Positions 1 through 8,616 of a stretch of DNA of 37,399 nt are shown in pieces. The stretch is from an uncultured Muribaculaceae bacterium (GTDB taxonomy: Bacteria > Bacillota_I > Bacilli_A > RF39 > UBA660), in NCBI GenBank assembly GCA_964651315.1, contig CAZYXO010000001.1, positions 1-37,399 on the forward strand. Direction: 5' to 3'. Each line of letters begins with the position of its first letter. The first letter of the stretch is position 1. Below the pieces are notes generated by a model. The model was not told the DNA's origin. It made no database searches and saw only the letters and a list, made by a program, of their open reading frames with translations. Position numbers and translations under genes: made by a program.

Positions 1-170
1 ATGTTTATAATGTCCGAAAAACTCAGTGTTTTAGGATTTTTTTAATTTCGTGTATTTCTAAAATCGTATAAATTTTTATTTGTAGCATTCAGTTTTGTTT
101 CTATTTTTCATACATTATAAATCCAAACTAATTTGCAATAAAAAATTGTGGGTAAATAATTAATAAAGTT

Positions 171-197
171 ATGTCTTTTTAAAGACATTTTTTTTTT
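171..197 (+). terminator. Rho-independent terminator of an upstream plus-strand transcript
   Basis: atgtct/agacat stem followed by a run of 9 T. Confidence 0.6.
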
Positions 198-249
198 ATT
201 GTGATAAAATATATGAAGTGAATATTATTAAATATAAAAGGTGGTACAT

Positions 250-1035
250 ATGGGAAAAATTATTTCATTAGTTAATCAAAAAGGTGGTGTTGGTAAAACA
301 ACAACAAGTATAAATTTATCTGCAGCACTAGGTAAAGAAGGGAAAAAAGTATTATTAATAGATTTAGATCCACAAAGAAATGCAACAACAGGTTTAGGAC
401 TTAATAATGGTGATTTTGAATATGATGTTTATGATGTTATGACCAAAAAAGTGGAAATTAAAAAAGCTATTGTTAAAACTAAATTTACTAATTTATCGAT
501 TTTACCTTCAACAATTAACTTAGCGGGAGTTGATGTTGAATTTGTTAAAAAAATGTTGGAAAGTAATGAATTTAGACAAAATGAACAATTACGTAATGTT
601 TTAAATGAAGTAAAAGATTCATATGATTATTTAATTATTGACTGCCAACCTGCTTTAGGCGTAGCAACCATGAATGCTTTAGTAGCAAGTGATTCAATAA
701 TTATACCAGTGCAATGCGAATTTTTCGCATTAGAAGGAATTACTCAATTATTAAATTCAATTATAATGGTACAATCTAGTATGAATCCTGAATTAAGAAT
801 AGAAGGAGTTCTTTTAACAATGTTAGATGGTAGAACAAATATTGGCTTAGAAGTAATTGAAGAAGTACGAAAATATTTTAAAGACAAAGTATTTAATACA
901 CTGATTCCACGTCTTGTAAGACTTGTAGAAGCACCAAGTCATGGAAAACCAATAAATGAATATGATCCAACAAGTAGAGCAACAGAAGCTTATGCAAATT
1001 TAGCAAAGGAAGTGATAAGTCACAATGGACAATAA
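250..1035 (+). CDS. parA: ParA/Soj chromosome partitioning ATPase
   Basis: Deviant Walker A NQKGGVGKTTT at the N-terminus and a ParA-like length. ATG 250 follows AAGGTGG; the track start GTG 241 lies inside that RBS. The 3' end overlaps the parB start. Confidence 0.93.
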   Translation: MGKIISLVNQKGGVGKTTTSINLSAALGKEGKKVLLIDLDPQRNATTGLGLNNGDFEYDVYDVMTKKVEIKKAIVKTKFTNLSILPSTINLAGVDVEFVKKMLESNEFRQNEQLRNVLNEVKDSYDYLIIDCQPALGVATMNALVASDSIIIPVQCEFFALEGITQLLNSIIMVQSSMNPELRIEGVLLTMLDGRTNIGLEVIEEVRKYFKDKVFNTLIPRLVRLVEAPSHGKPINEYDPTSRATEAYANLAKEVISHNGQ

Positions 1036-1909
1036 AAAAAGAGCCTTAGGGAAAGGCTTAGAACAATTATTTTCTAATGAAGTAATAGATTTTAATAATT
1101 TTGAAAAAGAAGTTGTGGAAAATACTAAATCATCTGATATAGTGTTACTAAATGTTGATGAAATAAGAAGTAATCCATATCAACCTCGAACAAATTTTGA
1201 TGAAGAATCATTAAATGAATTAGCAGATTCTATTAAAGAACATGGAATTATTCAACCAATTATAGTTAAAAAAAGTATTAAGGGATACGAACTTATTGCA
1301 GGTGAAAGAAGAACAAAAGCATCAAAAATAGCAGGCATAACTAAAATACCAGCAATAATTAGAGAATTAACTGATACAGAAATGATGGAAATTGCTTTAA
1401 TAGAAAATATTCAAAGAGAAAATTTGAACGCGATTGAAGAAGCAAAAGCAATAGCAAATATAATTAAAATAGAACAAATAACACAAGATGAATTTGCTCG
1501 AAAATTTGGTAAAAGTAGAAGTTATGTTACCAATTTATTAGGATTATTAAAATTACCTAGAGAAACAAAAAAATTAGTTGAAACAAAACAAATATCTATG
1601 GGACATGCAAGAGTTTTAAGTAAATTAGAAGATGAGACAGAAATAATAAAATATTCAAATTTGATAGTTGATAAAAAGATATCGGTAAGGGATTTAGAAA
1701 GAATGCTTCAAGAAGAACCTTTAACGAAAAAAAGACCAATGATAAAAAAAGTATTTGACAATCATTATACCATTTACCAAAATGTAATGCGTGATAAAAT
1801 CGGAACTAAAGTGAAGATAAATAAGAATAAAATAGAAATACCTTTTGATTCAAAGGGTGACTTAGAAAGAATAATGGAAATACTAGATATAAAAATAGAA
1901 GGAGATTAA
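1025..1909 (+). CDS. parB: ParB/Spo0J partition protein
   Basis: ParB-box motifs IRSNPYQPR and LIAGERRTKASKIAG plus an HTH region. Lies immediately downstream of parA and overlaps it. Confidence 0.92.
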   Translation: MDNKKRALGKGLEQLFSNEVIDFNNFEKEVVENTKSSDIVLLNVDEIRSNPYQPRTNFDEESLNELADSIKEHGIIQPIIVKKSIKGYELIAGERRTKASKIAGITKIPAIIRELTDTEMMEIALIENIQRENLNAIEEAKAIANIIKIEQITQDEFARKFGKSRSYVTNLLGLLKLPRETKKLVETKQISMGHARVLSKLEDETEIIKYSNLIVDKKISVRDLERMLQEEPLTKKRPMIKKVFDNHYTIYQNVMRDKIGTKVKINKNKIEIPFDSKGDLERIMEILDIKIEGD

Positions 1910-1910
1910 G

Positions 1911-2726
1911 ATGAATATAATCAAAGCAATACTTTCGTTTTTATCTAATAAAGAAGTATATGGCCTTATAATAATAGTTCTTGGAAGTTTTATTGTATTT
2001 TGGATATCTAAAAAACTAGTAAACCAATTAATATCTAAAGCCAAAAATGAAAAAGAACGTAAAAAAAGAGTAACCATCGTTAAGTTATTAGAAAATATTT
2101 CTGCTTATGTAATAGGTATTATTGCAATATTATTTACTTTAGAGTTGTATGGCGTAAATACAAGGAGTATTATCGCATCACTTGGAGTTGCAGGAGTTAT
2201 TTTAGGACTTGGACTACAAGATACTGTAAAAGATTTTTTTAGTGGATTGTCTATTGTGTTTGATAATTATTTTTCGATAGGTGATATAGTAACATATAAT
2301 GGATTTACTGGGGAAGTAATATCACTTGGATTAAAAACAACAAAAATAAAAAATGCAGCTGGAGAAGTATATAGTATTGCTAATCGTAAAATAGAAGAAA
2401 TTGTTAATTTAAGTCAGAAAACAAGCAATTTAATTATTGATATACCAACTGCTTATGAAGAAAATACTGCTAAAGTTGAAAAAACTATTGAAAAGATAAT
2501 ATCTTTGGCAAAAAAAATCGAAGGTGTTGAAGACGATAGTACATATTTAGGAATTGGGGCACTTGATAATAGTAGTGTTAATTATCAAATAAAAATACAT
2601 TGTCGTCAAGATTTAAAATGGCAAGTAAAAAGAGATGTATTAAAAATAATTAAATTAGAATATGAGAAAAATAATATAAAAATTCCATATCCTCAATTGG
2701 AGGTTCACAATGGAAAAAGTATATAA
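1911..2726 (+). CDS. Small-conductance mechanosensitive channel (MscS family)
   Basis: N-terminal TM helices followed by an MscS beta-domain signature, GDIVTYNGFTGEVISLGLKTTKIKNAAGEVYSIANRKI. Confidence 0.8.
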   Translation: MNIIKAILSFLSNKEVYGLIIIVLGSFIVFWISKKLVNQLISKAKNEKERKKRVTIVKLLENISAYVIGIIAILFTLELYGVNTRSIIASLGVAGVILGLGLQDTVKDFFSGLSIVFDNYFSIGDIVTYNGFTGEVISLGLKTTKIKNAAGEVYSIANRKIEEIVNLSQKTSNLIIDIPTAYEENTAKVEKTIEKIISLAKKIEGVEDDSTYLGIGALDNSSVNYQIKIHCRQDLKWQVKRDVLKIIKLEYEKNNIKIPYPQLEVHNGKSI

Positions 2727-2895
2727 AGTTGGCACACAAGTAATAATGAAAAAACCTCATCCGTGTAAAACAAATTTATGGGAAATAACACGTACTGGCG
2801 TAGATGTAAAAATAAAATGTATAAATTGTAATCGGGAGATTATGTTGGACCGAAAGGTTTTTGAAAAAAAATTAAAAAAGATTGTAGGTGAATAA
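2710..2895 (+). CDS. DUF951 family small protein (YyzM-like)
   Basis: 61 aa with a KKPHPC...C..C pattern. Sits in the position seen in Bacillus-type synteny between spo0J and ychF. Confidence 0.7.
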   Translation: MEKVYKVGTQVIMKKPHPCKTNLWEITRTGVDVKIKCINCNREIMLDRKVFEKKLKKIVGE

Positions 2896-2897
2896 AA

Positions 2898-4445
2898 ATG
2901 GCAAAATTAAAAGTAATTAAAGAAAAAACAGTATTACATCCAGTAATGGTTTTTATCTTTTTAATAATTGGGACTTTAGTATTAAGTTGGTTTTTAAATT
3001 TACTTAATTTACAAGTAACATATAATGAAATAAATCCAACTACTATGCAATATACACCTGTTACAATAACGGTAAATTCGCTATTAAACTTATCTGGATT
3101 TAAATTCATTTTTGCCAATACTGTAAGTAATTTTGCTCATTTTTCTTTGTTTGCCAATTTATTAATAATTTTAATAGGTTTTGGCGTAATGGAAAAAAGT
3201 GGATTTTTAAAAACGTCAATGATTTTATTAACAAAAAAAGCGAAAAAAATAACTGTAACGTATGTAATTGTATTAATCAGTTTATTTTTAGGAATTATTG
3301 GAGATATTTCTTATTTAGTTATGATACCATTTAGTGCTTTATTATTTTTATACGGAAAAAGAAGTCCGTTGATTGGAATTGTAACTTCATTTGCTGCATT
3401 ATCTTGCGGTGCTGGAATAAACGTTTTATTAACAAGTATTGACAGTTCTTTAATTAACTTGACATTAAATGGGGCGTATGTAATAGATTCTGCATACAAG
3501 ATTGGCGCATTTAATTTTATTTGGATAATGATTTTAGCAACAATAGCATTATCGTTATTAATAACGTTTGTTACCGAAACAATTACTGCTAAAAAAATAG
3601 GTCGCTATAATTTTGAAGAAACTACTCTTGATGATGATATTGAAATAGGTAAAAGAGAATTAAGAGGGATTCTATTTGCATTAGGTGCGGGTTTAGTATA
3701 TTTAGTAATATTTATTTACAATATAATTCCAGGATTACCTTTATCAGGAAATTTCTTAGATAATAGCCAATTATTATATATTGATAAATTATTTAGTGCA
3801 AATTCTTTCTTTAATAATGGTTTCGTCTTTATTTTAGCAATATTATTTATTATTTTAGGTTTATTCTATGGAATTGGTTCGAGAAAATTAAAAAATGTTA
3901 ATCAATTATGTGAACAATTCGGACACTCATTAAATGATATTGGTAAAGTTATAGTGTTAATATTCTTTGCTTCAACTTTTATTAGTATATTTAAAGCAAC
4001 AAATATTGGACCACTCATAGTTGCATCTTTATCTAACATAATAGTTAATACTAATTTAGGTGGCTTTAGTTTGATAATTCTTATATTTATAATAAGTATG
4101 ATTGCCACAATTTTTGTGCCATCATCAATTGCTAAATGGTCTATAATGGCAGGCGTTATAGTGCCAGTAGCAATGAATAGTGGAATAACACCAGAATTTA
4201 CTCAACTTGCTTATCGCTTTGGAGAATCAGTAACATTAGGAATTACACCGTTATTTGCATATTTTGTTATTTATTTAGCATATATCGAAAAATATCGTCA
4301 AAAAGAATTAGAAGGTGGACTTACTAATACGATAAAATATCAATTACCTTATACATTCGTAACATTTTGCGTATTATTGCTAATTTTAATTCTTTGGTTT
4401 ATAATAGGATTTCCAATTGGTATAAATACTATGCCAGTTTTATAG
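2898..4445 (+). CDS. AbgT-family (p-aminobenzoyl-glutamate type) transporter
   Basis: 515-aa polytopic membrane protein. The N-terminal LHPVMVFIFL segment resembles the AbgT N-terminal motif. Assigned by recall, not by search. Confidence 0.7.
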   Translation: MAKLKVIKEKTVLHPVMVFIFLIIGTLVLSWFLNLLNLQVTYNEINPTTMQYTPVTITVNSLLNLSGFKFIFANTVSNFAHFSLFANLLIILIGFGVMEKSGFLKTSMILLTKKAKKITVTYVIVLISLFLGIIGDISYLVMIPFSALLFLYGKRSPLIGIVTSFAALSCGAGINVLLTSIDSSLINLTLNGAYVIDSAYKIGAFNFIWIMILATIALSLLITFVTETITAKKIGRYNFEETTLDDDIEIGKRELRGILFALGAGLVYLVIFIYNIIPGLPLSGNFLDNSQLLYIDKLFSANSFFNNGFVFILAILFIILGLFYGIGSRKLKNVNQLCEQFGHSLNDIGKVIVLIFFASTFISIFKATNIGPLIVASLSNIIVNTNLGGFSLIILIFIISMIATIFVPSSIAKWSIMAGVIVPVAMNSGITPEFTQLAYRFGESVTLGITPLFAYFVIYLAYIEKYRQKELEGGLTNTIKYQLPYTFVTFCVLLLILILWFIIGFPIGINTMPVL

Positions 4446-4457
4446 GAGGTATGAATT

Positions 4458-5549
4458 ATGTCATTAAAAGCAGGAATTGTTGGTTTACCTAATGTTGGTA
4501 AATCAACTTTATTTAATGCAATAACTAAAAAAAATATTTTAGCAGCAAATTATCCTTTTGCAACTATTGATCCAAATGTGGGAATGGTAACAGTTCCAGA
4601 TAAAAGATTAGAATTTTTGGAAAATATGTATGTTCCAGAAAAACTTGTTCCGACAATGTATGAATTTATCGATATTGCTGGTCTTGTAAAAGGTGCATCC
4701 AAAGGTGATGGACTTGGGAATAAATTTTTATCTCATATTAGGGAAGTGGATGCAATTGTTGAAGTCGTAAGATGTTTTGATAACAATAATATAATTCATG
4801 TTGAAGGAAATACTGCTCCAATTAGAGATATTGAAATAATTAATATTGAACTTATTTTAGCAGATTTAGAAATTATTGAATCACGAATAGAAAAAATTGC
4901 TAAAAAAGCTAAAACTACACAAGATAAAGAAGCATTAAAAGAGGTTGAAATATTAGAAAAAGCACGTAATGCACTTTTAAATAATACGCCTTTAAGAAGA
5001 ATTGATTTAAATGATGATGAAAAATTAATTATGAAAAATTTTAATTTCATCACATTAAAACCTTTAATATATGTAGCAAATGTTAATGAAGGCGAAATTG
5101 AAAATGAATATACAAAATTAGTTGAAGAATATGCTAAAACTGAGAATAGTAAAGTTGTTATTATGAGTTGTATTTTAGAAAGCGAATTAGCAGAACTAAA
5201 TGATATAGATAAAAAAATGTATTTAGAAGAACTTGGAATACAACATAGTGGGTTAGATAATTTAATAAATGCTACTTATGATTTACTTGGGTTAGCAACA
5301 TTTTTAACTGTTGGAAAAGATGAAGTTCGTGCTTGGACTTTTAAAAAAGGAAGTACAGCAAAAATGTGTGCTGGTTTAATCCATAGTGATATTGAAAGAG
5401 GTTTTATTAAAGCGGAAGTAATGTCTTATACTGATTTAGAAAAATACAATGATGAAAAAAAAGTTCAAGAAGCTGGGAAATTACGCATAGAAGGAAAAGA
5501 ATATTTAATGCAAGATGGCGATATTGTGTATTTTCGTTTTAATGTATAA
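4458..5549 (+). CDS. ychF: Redox-regulated ribosome-binding ATPase YchF
   Basis: G1 motif GIVGLPNVGKSTLFNA, 363 aa, C-terminal TGS-like GDIVYFRFNV. TAGGAGGT RBS 7 nt upstream. Confidence 0.95.
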   Translation: MSLKAGIVGLPNVGKSTLFNAITKKNILAANYPFATIDPNVGMVTVPDKRLEFLENMYVPEKLVPTMYEFIDIAGLVKGASKGDGLGNKFLSHIREVDAIVEVVRCFDNNNIIHVEGNTAPIRDIEIINIELILADLEIIESRIEKIAKKAKTTQDKEALKEVEILEKARNALLNNTPLRRIDLNDDEKLIMKNFNFITLKPLIYVANVNEGEIENEYTKLVEEYAKTENSKVVIMSCILESELAELNDIDKKMYLEELGIQHSGLDNLINATYDLLGLATFLTVGKDEVRAWTFKKGSTAKMCAGLIHSDIERGFIKAEVMSYTDLEKYNDEKKVQEAGKLRIEGKEYLMQDGDIVYFRFNV

Positions 5550-5564
5550 AGAAGGTAGTAATTA

Positions 5565-6308
5565 ATGTTAAGAGAATTTTTTGTGGATGAAAAGGTTAAA
5601 TATGCTTTTCATTTGTTTGGACCAACACATTTTTTTTGTTTATTAATCGTATTGTTAAGTTTGGTTTTTATATTTATTTATAGAGATAAGATAAGTAAAA
5701 TGTCAAAAAAGCAAAAAAATATAATTTTAAAAACTGGTGTTTTAATAATGCTTTTAAATACGATAATATATTACGTAGGATTAATTACATTTGGTATTTT
5801 TAATGTAAAAGAAAATTTACCATTGCATTTATGTTTTTTATCTGGATATACATTTATATATGCAATATTATCAGAAAAACATATATTGTTAAAATATTTA
5901 TTTTTTTTATCTTTTGCAGGACCACTTCCAGCAATGATATTTCCAGAACTTACAAGTACTTGGGATTATTATTTATTTTATGAATTTTTTATGTCTCATC
6001 ATTTATTTATGATATTAAGTTTTTTTGCTTATTTTGCTTATAATGTCAAAATAAAACTTAAGGATATTATAGATTTATTTATCTTTGCCAATTGTTTTTT
6101 TATTTTTATAATAATTTATAATAACATATTTGGAAGTAATTATTTCTTTTCGGGAAATATACCGGAATTTATAGTAAAATTAATGCCATTTTTACAAAGA
6201 TTAAATACAATTTTTGTCTTAGAAACGATGACTTTAATCATATTTACTCTTTTATATCAATTAGTTAGATTTAGAAATAAAGAATATACCAAAATAGAAG
6301 GTAAATAA
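5565..6308 (+). CDS. Integral membrane protein, possibly TIGR02206/YwaF family
   Basis: 247 aa with about 7 predicted TM segments and an FGPTHFF motif near the N-terminus. The family call is by memory only. Confidence 0.45.
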   Translation: MLREFFVDEKVKYAFHLFGPTHFFCLLIVLLSLVFIFIYRDKISKMSKKQKNIILKTGVLIMLLNTIIYYVGLITFGIFNVKENLPLHLCFLSGYTFIYAILSEKHILLKYLFFLSFAGPLPAMIFPELTSTWDYYLFYEFFMSHHLFMILSFFAYFAYNVKIKLKDIIDLFIFANCFFIFIIIYNNIFGSNYFFSGNIPEFIVKLMPFLQRLNTIFVLETMTLIIFTLLYQLVRFRNKEYTKIEGK

Positions 6309-6341
6309 ATCAAAGAATAAGCATAAATATAACAAAATTCA

Positions 6342-6370
6342 TAGACAAAATCATATATTTTTGGTATACT
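6342..6370 (+). promoter_or_regulatory. Sigma-A-type promoter of the rpsF-ssb-rpsR operon
   Basis: TAGACA, a 17-nt spacer ending in TGG, then TATACT. Confidence 0.55.
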
Positions 6371-6376
6371 ACATAA

Positions 6377-6450
6377 CGAGTAAAGAAAATTACTCCTTGC
6401 TTATTACAAAGATAATAAGCCGAATTTAGACCATGAGGAGGTGTAAAAAA
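6377..6450 (+). promoter_or_regulatory. Structured rpsF 5' leader (candidate S6:S18 autoregulatory element)
   Basis: Two hairpins read directly: gagtaa/ttactc (6378-6395) and gcttatta/taataagc (6399-6420), just upstream of the GAGGAGG RBS. The match to the published rpsF leader motif was not verified. Confidence 0.3.
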
Positions 6451-6741
6451 ATGAACAAATATGAAATGATGTTTATTGTTAAATCAGTAGGTGAAGGTGA
6501 CAATTCTAAAACTGTTGCAGACACTTATAAAAAAATAATTGCTGATTTAAAAGGAAAAGTGATTGAAGCTAGAGATTTAGGATTAAAGAAACTAGCATAT
6601 CCAATCAAAAAAGAAATTAATGGTTATTATTTCGTAATGCAATTTAATGCAAATAACGAAGTAATAAACGAGCTTAATCGTAGAGCATTAATTGATGAAA
6701 ACTTAATAAGACATTTAATTATTAAAATGGAGGAAAAATAA
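6451..6741 (+). CDS. rpsF: 30S ribosomal protein S6
   Basis: MNKYEMMFIV... is a typical S6 N-terminus. ATG 6451 follows GAGGAGG; the track start 6433 lies inside the RBS. rpsF-ssb-rpsR operon order. Confidence 0.95.
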   Translation: MNKYEMMFIVKSVGEGDNSKTVADTYKKIIADLKGKVIEARDLGLKKLAYPIKKEINGYYFVMQFNANNEVINELNRRALIDENLIRHLIIKMEEK

Positions 6742-7226
6742 TGAATAAAGTAATATTAATAGGAAGACTAACAAAAGATCCAGAAATGCGTACGACAAGC
6801 AGTGGAATAAGTGTTGCGACATTTACTCTAGCAGTTAATCGTCCATTTACAGATCAATCAGGTGAAAGACAAGCTGATTTTATTAACTGTGTAGTATGGA
6901 GAAAACCTGCTGAAACATTATGTAAATATGTTAAAAAAGGACAAGAACTAGCAGTTGAAGGAAGTATGCAAACAAGAAGTTATGACCATCAAGATGGTAG
7001 TAAACGTTATGTAACAGAAGTAATATGCGACAGATTTGATTTTATAGGTGGGGGAAATCGTAATGAACAAAAAACTTATGATGGTCCTGTTCCTTATGAA
7101 CCAAATAATAATGGTGGCAATATAGTTTCTAAACCGGAAAATACAAAACCTACTGATATTACTGAAGATCCATTTAAAGACTTTGGTAGCGAGATATCAT
7201 TATCTGATGATGACCTACCTTTTTAA
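6741..7226 (+). CDS. ssb: Single-stranded DNA-binding protein
   Basis: OB-fold N-terminus MNKVILIGRLTKDPEMR, Gly/Asn-rich linker and an acidic tail ending DDDLPF. Confidence 0.96.
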   Translation: MNKVILIGRLTKDPEMRTTSSGISVATFTLAVNRPFTDQSGERQADFINCVVWRKPAETLCKYVKKGQELAVEGSMQTRSYDHQDGSKRYVTEVICDRFDFIGGGNRNEQKTYDGPVPYEPNNNGGNIVSKPENTKPTDITEDPFKDFGSEISLSDDDLPF

Positions 7227-7241
7227 GAAAGGAGAAAAATA

Positions 7242-7457
7242 ATGGCAGAATTTTATCGTAAAAAGAAAAAAATTTGTCAAATGTGTGCTGGAAAAAGCGT
7301 TGATTATAAAGATGTAATGATTATAAATAAATATGTTAATGAAAAAGGTAAGATATTACCTCGTAGAATGACTGGCGCTTGTGCTAAGCATCAAAGACAT
7401 ATTGCAAAACAAGTTAAATATGCTAAATTTATGGCTTTAATCGCATTTGAAAAATAA
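7242..7457 (+). CDS. rpsR: 30S ribosomal protein S18
   Basis: 71 aa with the IDYKD-like VDYKDV motif and ILPRRMTG. Operon position after ssb. Confidence 0.95.
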   Translation: MAEFYRKKKKICQMCAGKSVDYKDVMIINKYVNEKGKILPRRMTGACAKHQRHIAKQVKYAKFMALIAFEK

Positions 7458-7462
7458 TAACT

Positions 7463-7486
7463 ACTATCGCAAGATAGTTTTTAATT
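7463..7486 (+). terminator. Terminator after rpsR
   Basis: actatc-gcaa-gatagt hairpin (GNRA-like loop) followed by ttttaatttt. Confidence 0.65.
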
Positions 7487-7527
7487 TTAATAAATAGAAA
7501 TTTTATATATAATATTAAGAAAATAAC

Positions 7528-7557
7528 TTGTAAAACGTAAGTTTACTTTGTTATAAT
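7528..7557 (+). promoter_or_regulatory. Promoter of the tsaE-tsaB-rimI::tsaD operon
   Basis: TTGTAA, a 17/18-nt spacer, then TATAAT. Confidence 0.6.
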
Positions 7558-7580
7558 GAATTCTGGAAGGTGTGGTATAC

Positions 7581-8033
7581 ATGGAATATAAAGTAACTTC
7601 AAGAAGTGTTGAAGATACATTAGAAATTGCTCAAAATCTTGAAAGTGAAAAGTTTCCCAATATGGTTATATGTTTAGATGGAGAACTTGGAAGTGGAAAA
7701 ACAGTGTTTGTAAAAGGTTTTGCGAGTGCTCTTGGAATAGTAGATAATATAACTAGTCCTACTTTTAATATTGTTAAAGAATATATTGTAGGGGAATTAC
7801 CATTATATCATATGGATGTTTATCGTTTAGATAATCAATCTAATGATTTAGGAATTGAAGAATATTTCAATAAAGGCGGAGTAACAATTATTGAATGGGC
7901 AGATTTAATAAATAGTATTTTACCTAAAGAAAGATTAGATATAAAAATAAAAATAATTGATGAAAATACAAGAGTACTTGTATTTGTTCCTCATGGAAAA
8001 ATATATGAGGAAGTTTGTTCATCAGTTTTATAA
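7581..8033 (+). CDS. tsaE: tRNA t6A37 synthesis ATPase TsaE
   Basis: P-loop GELGSGKT and the SPTFNIV motif. ATG 7581 lies after GGAAGGTG; the track GTG 7572 is part of the RBS. Confidence 0.9.
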   Translation: MEYKVTSRSVEDTLEIAQNLESEKFPNMVICLDGELGSGKTVFVKGFASALGIVDNITSPTFNIVKEYIVGELPLYHMDVYRLDNQSNDLGIEEYFNKGGVTIIEWADLINSILPKERLDIKIKIIDENTRVLVFVPHGKIYEEVCSSVL

Positions 8034-8046
8034 AGGAAGCGATTTT

Positions 8047-8616
8047 TTGTATTCGTTATTTATAGATACACATAGTAGTAATGTTGTCGTAATTATATTT
8101 AAAGATGGTTTAGTATTGAAAAAGTTAGAGTCAAATACAAAGATACAAACCAGTGAAATTGTAATGCCCTTAATAAAAGAACTTTTTTCGCTTTGTAATA
8201 TATTGCCAAAAGACTTAGATAATATAATAGTTGTAAATGGTCCAGGATCATTTACTGGAATAAGAATTGGAGTAGTAATTGCAAAAACTATGGCTTATAC
8301 ACTGAATATTCCGATAAAAACAATAACATCATTAGAATTAATTACTTATACACAAGATGAAAGAAAAATAAATGTAAGTATTAATGAAGTAAATGGAAAA
8401 TTTGTGGGAGAATATGACAATTATAACCTTATAGATGTAATTAAATATTTTAATAAAGATGATTATAAAGAATACATAGCAGTTAATAATGTAATTGAAG
8501 ATACTAATTTTAATTATAATAAAATATATAAAGTACTTATGCAAAAAAAAGAAAATATTCCACCACACTTAGTTAATCCGATTTATATTAAAAAATTGGA
8601 GGTCGATAAATTATGA
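8047..8616 (+). CDS. tsaB: tRNA t6A37 synthesis protein TsaB
   Basis: LFIDTHSS and GPGSFTGIRIGV motifs. Proposed start is TTG 8047, 7 nt after AGGAAG. The track ORF start 7957 overlaps tsaE and is probably read-through of an open frame. Confidence 0.85.
   Translation: MYSLFIDTHSSNVVVIIFKDGLVLKKLESNTKIQTSEIVMPLIKELFSLCNILPKDLDNIIVVNGPGSFTGIRIGVVIAKTMAYTLNIPIKTITSLELITYTQDERKINVSINEVNGKFVGEYDNYNLIDVIKYFNKDDYKEYIAVNNVIEDTNFNYNKIYKVLMQKKENIPPHLVNPIYIKKLEVDKL

Noticed and set aside
1-1909. parS sites and DnaA-box clusters, expected because parAB and origin-proximal genes are present.
   Set aside because: I saw only partial matches: TTCCACGT at about 905 and a single TGTGGGTAA at about 148. There is no full TGTTNCACGTGAAACA palindrome and no cluster of TTATCCACA boxes by eye. 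A computational scan allowing mismatches is needed before making any claim.
7957-8046. A 77-nt overlap of tsaB with tsaE implied by the track ORF start at 7957.
   Set aside because: The homologous TsaB sequence begins at LFIDTHSS. A TTG at 8047 with an AGGAAG RBS lies just after the tsaE stop. The upstream part is simply an open frame inside tsaE.
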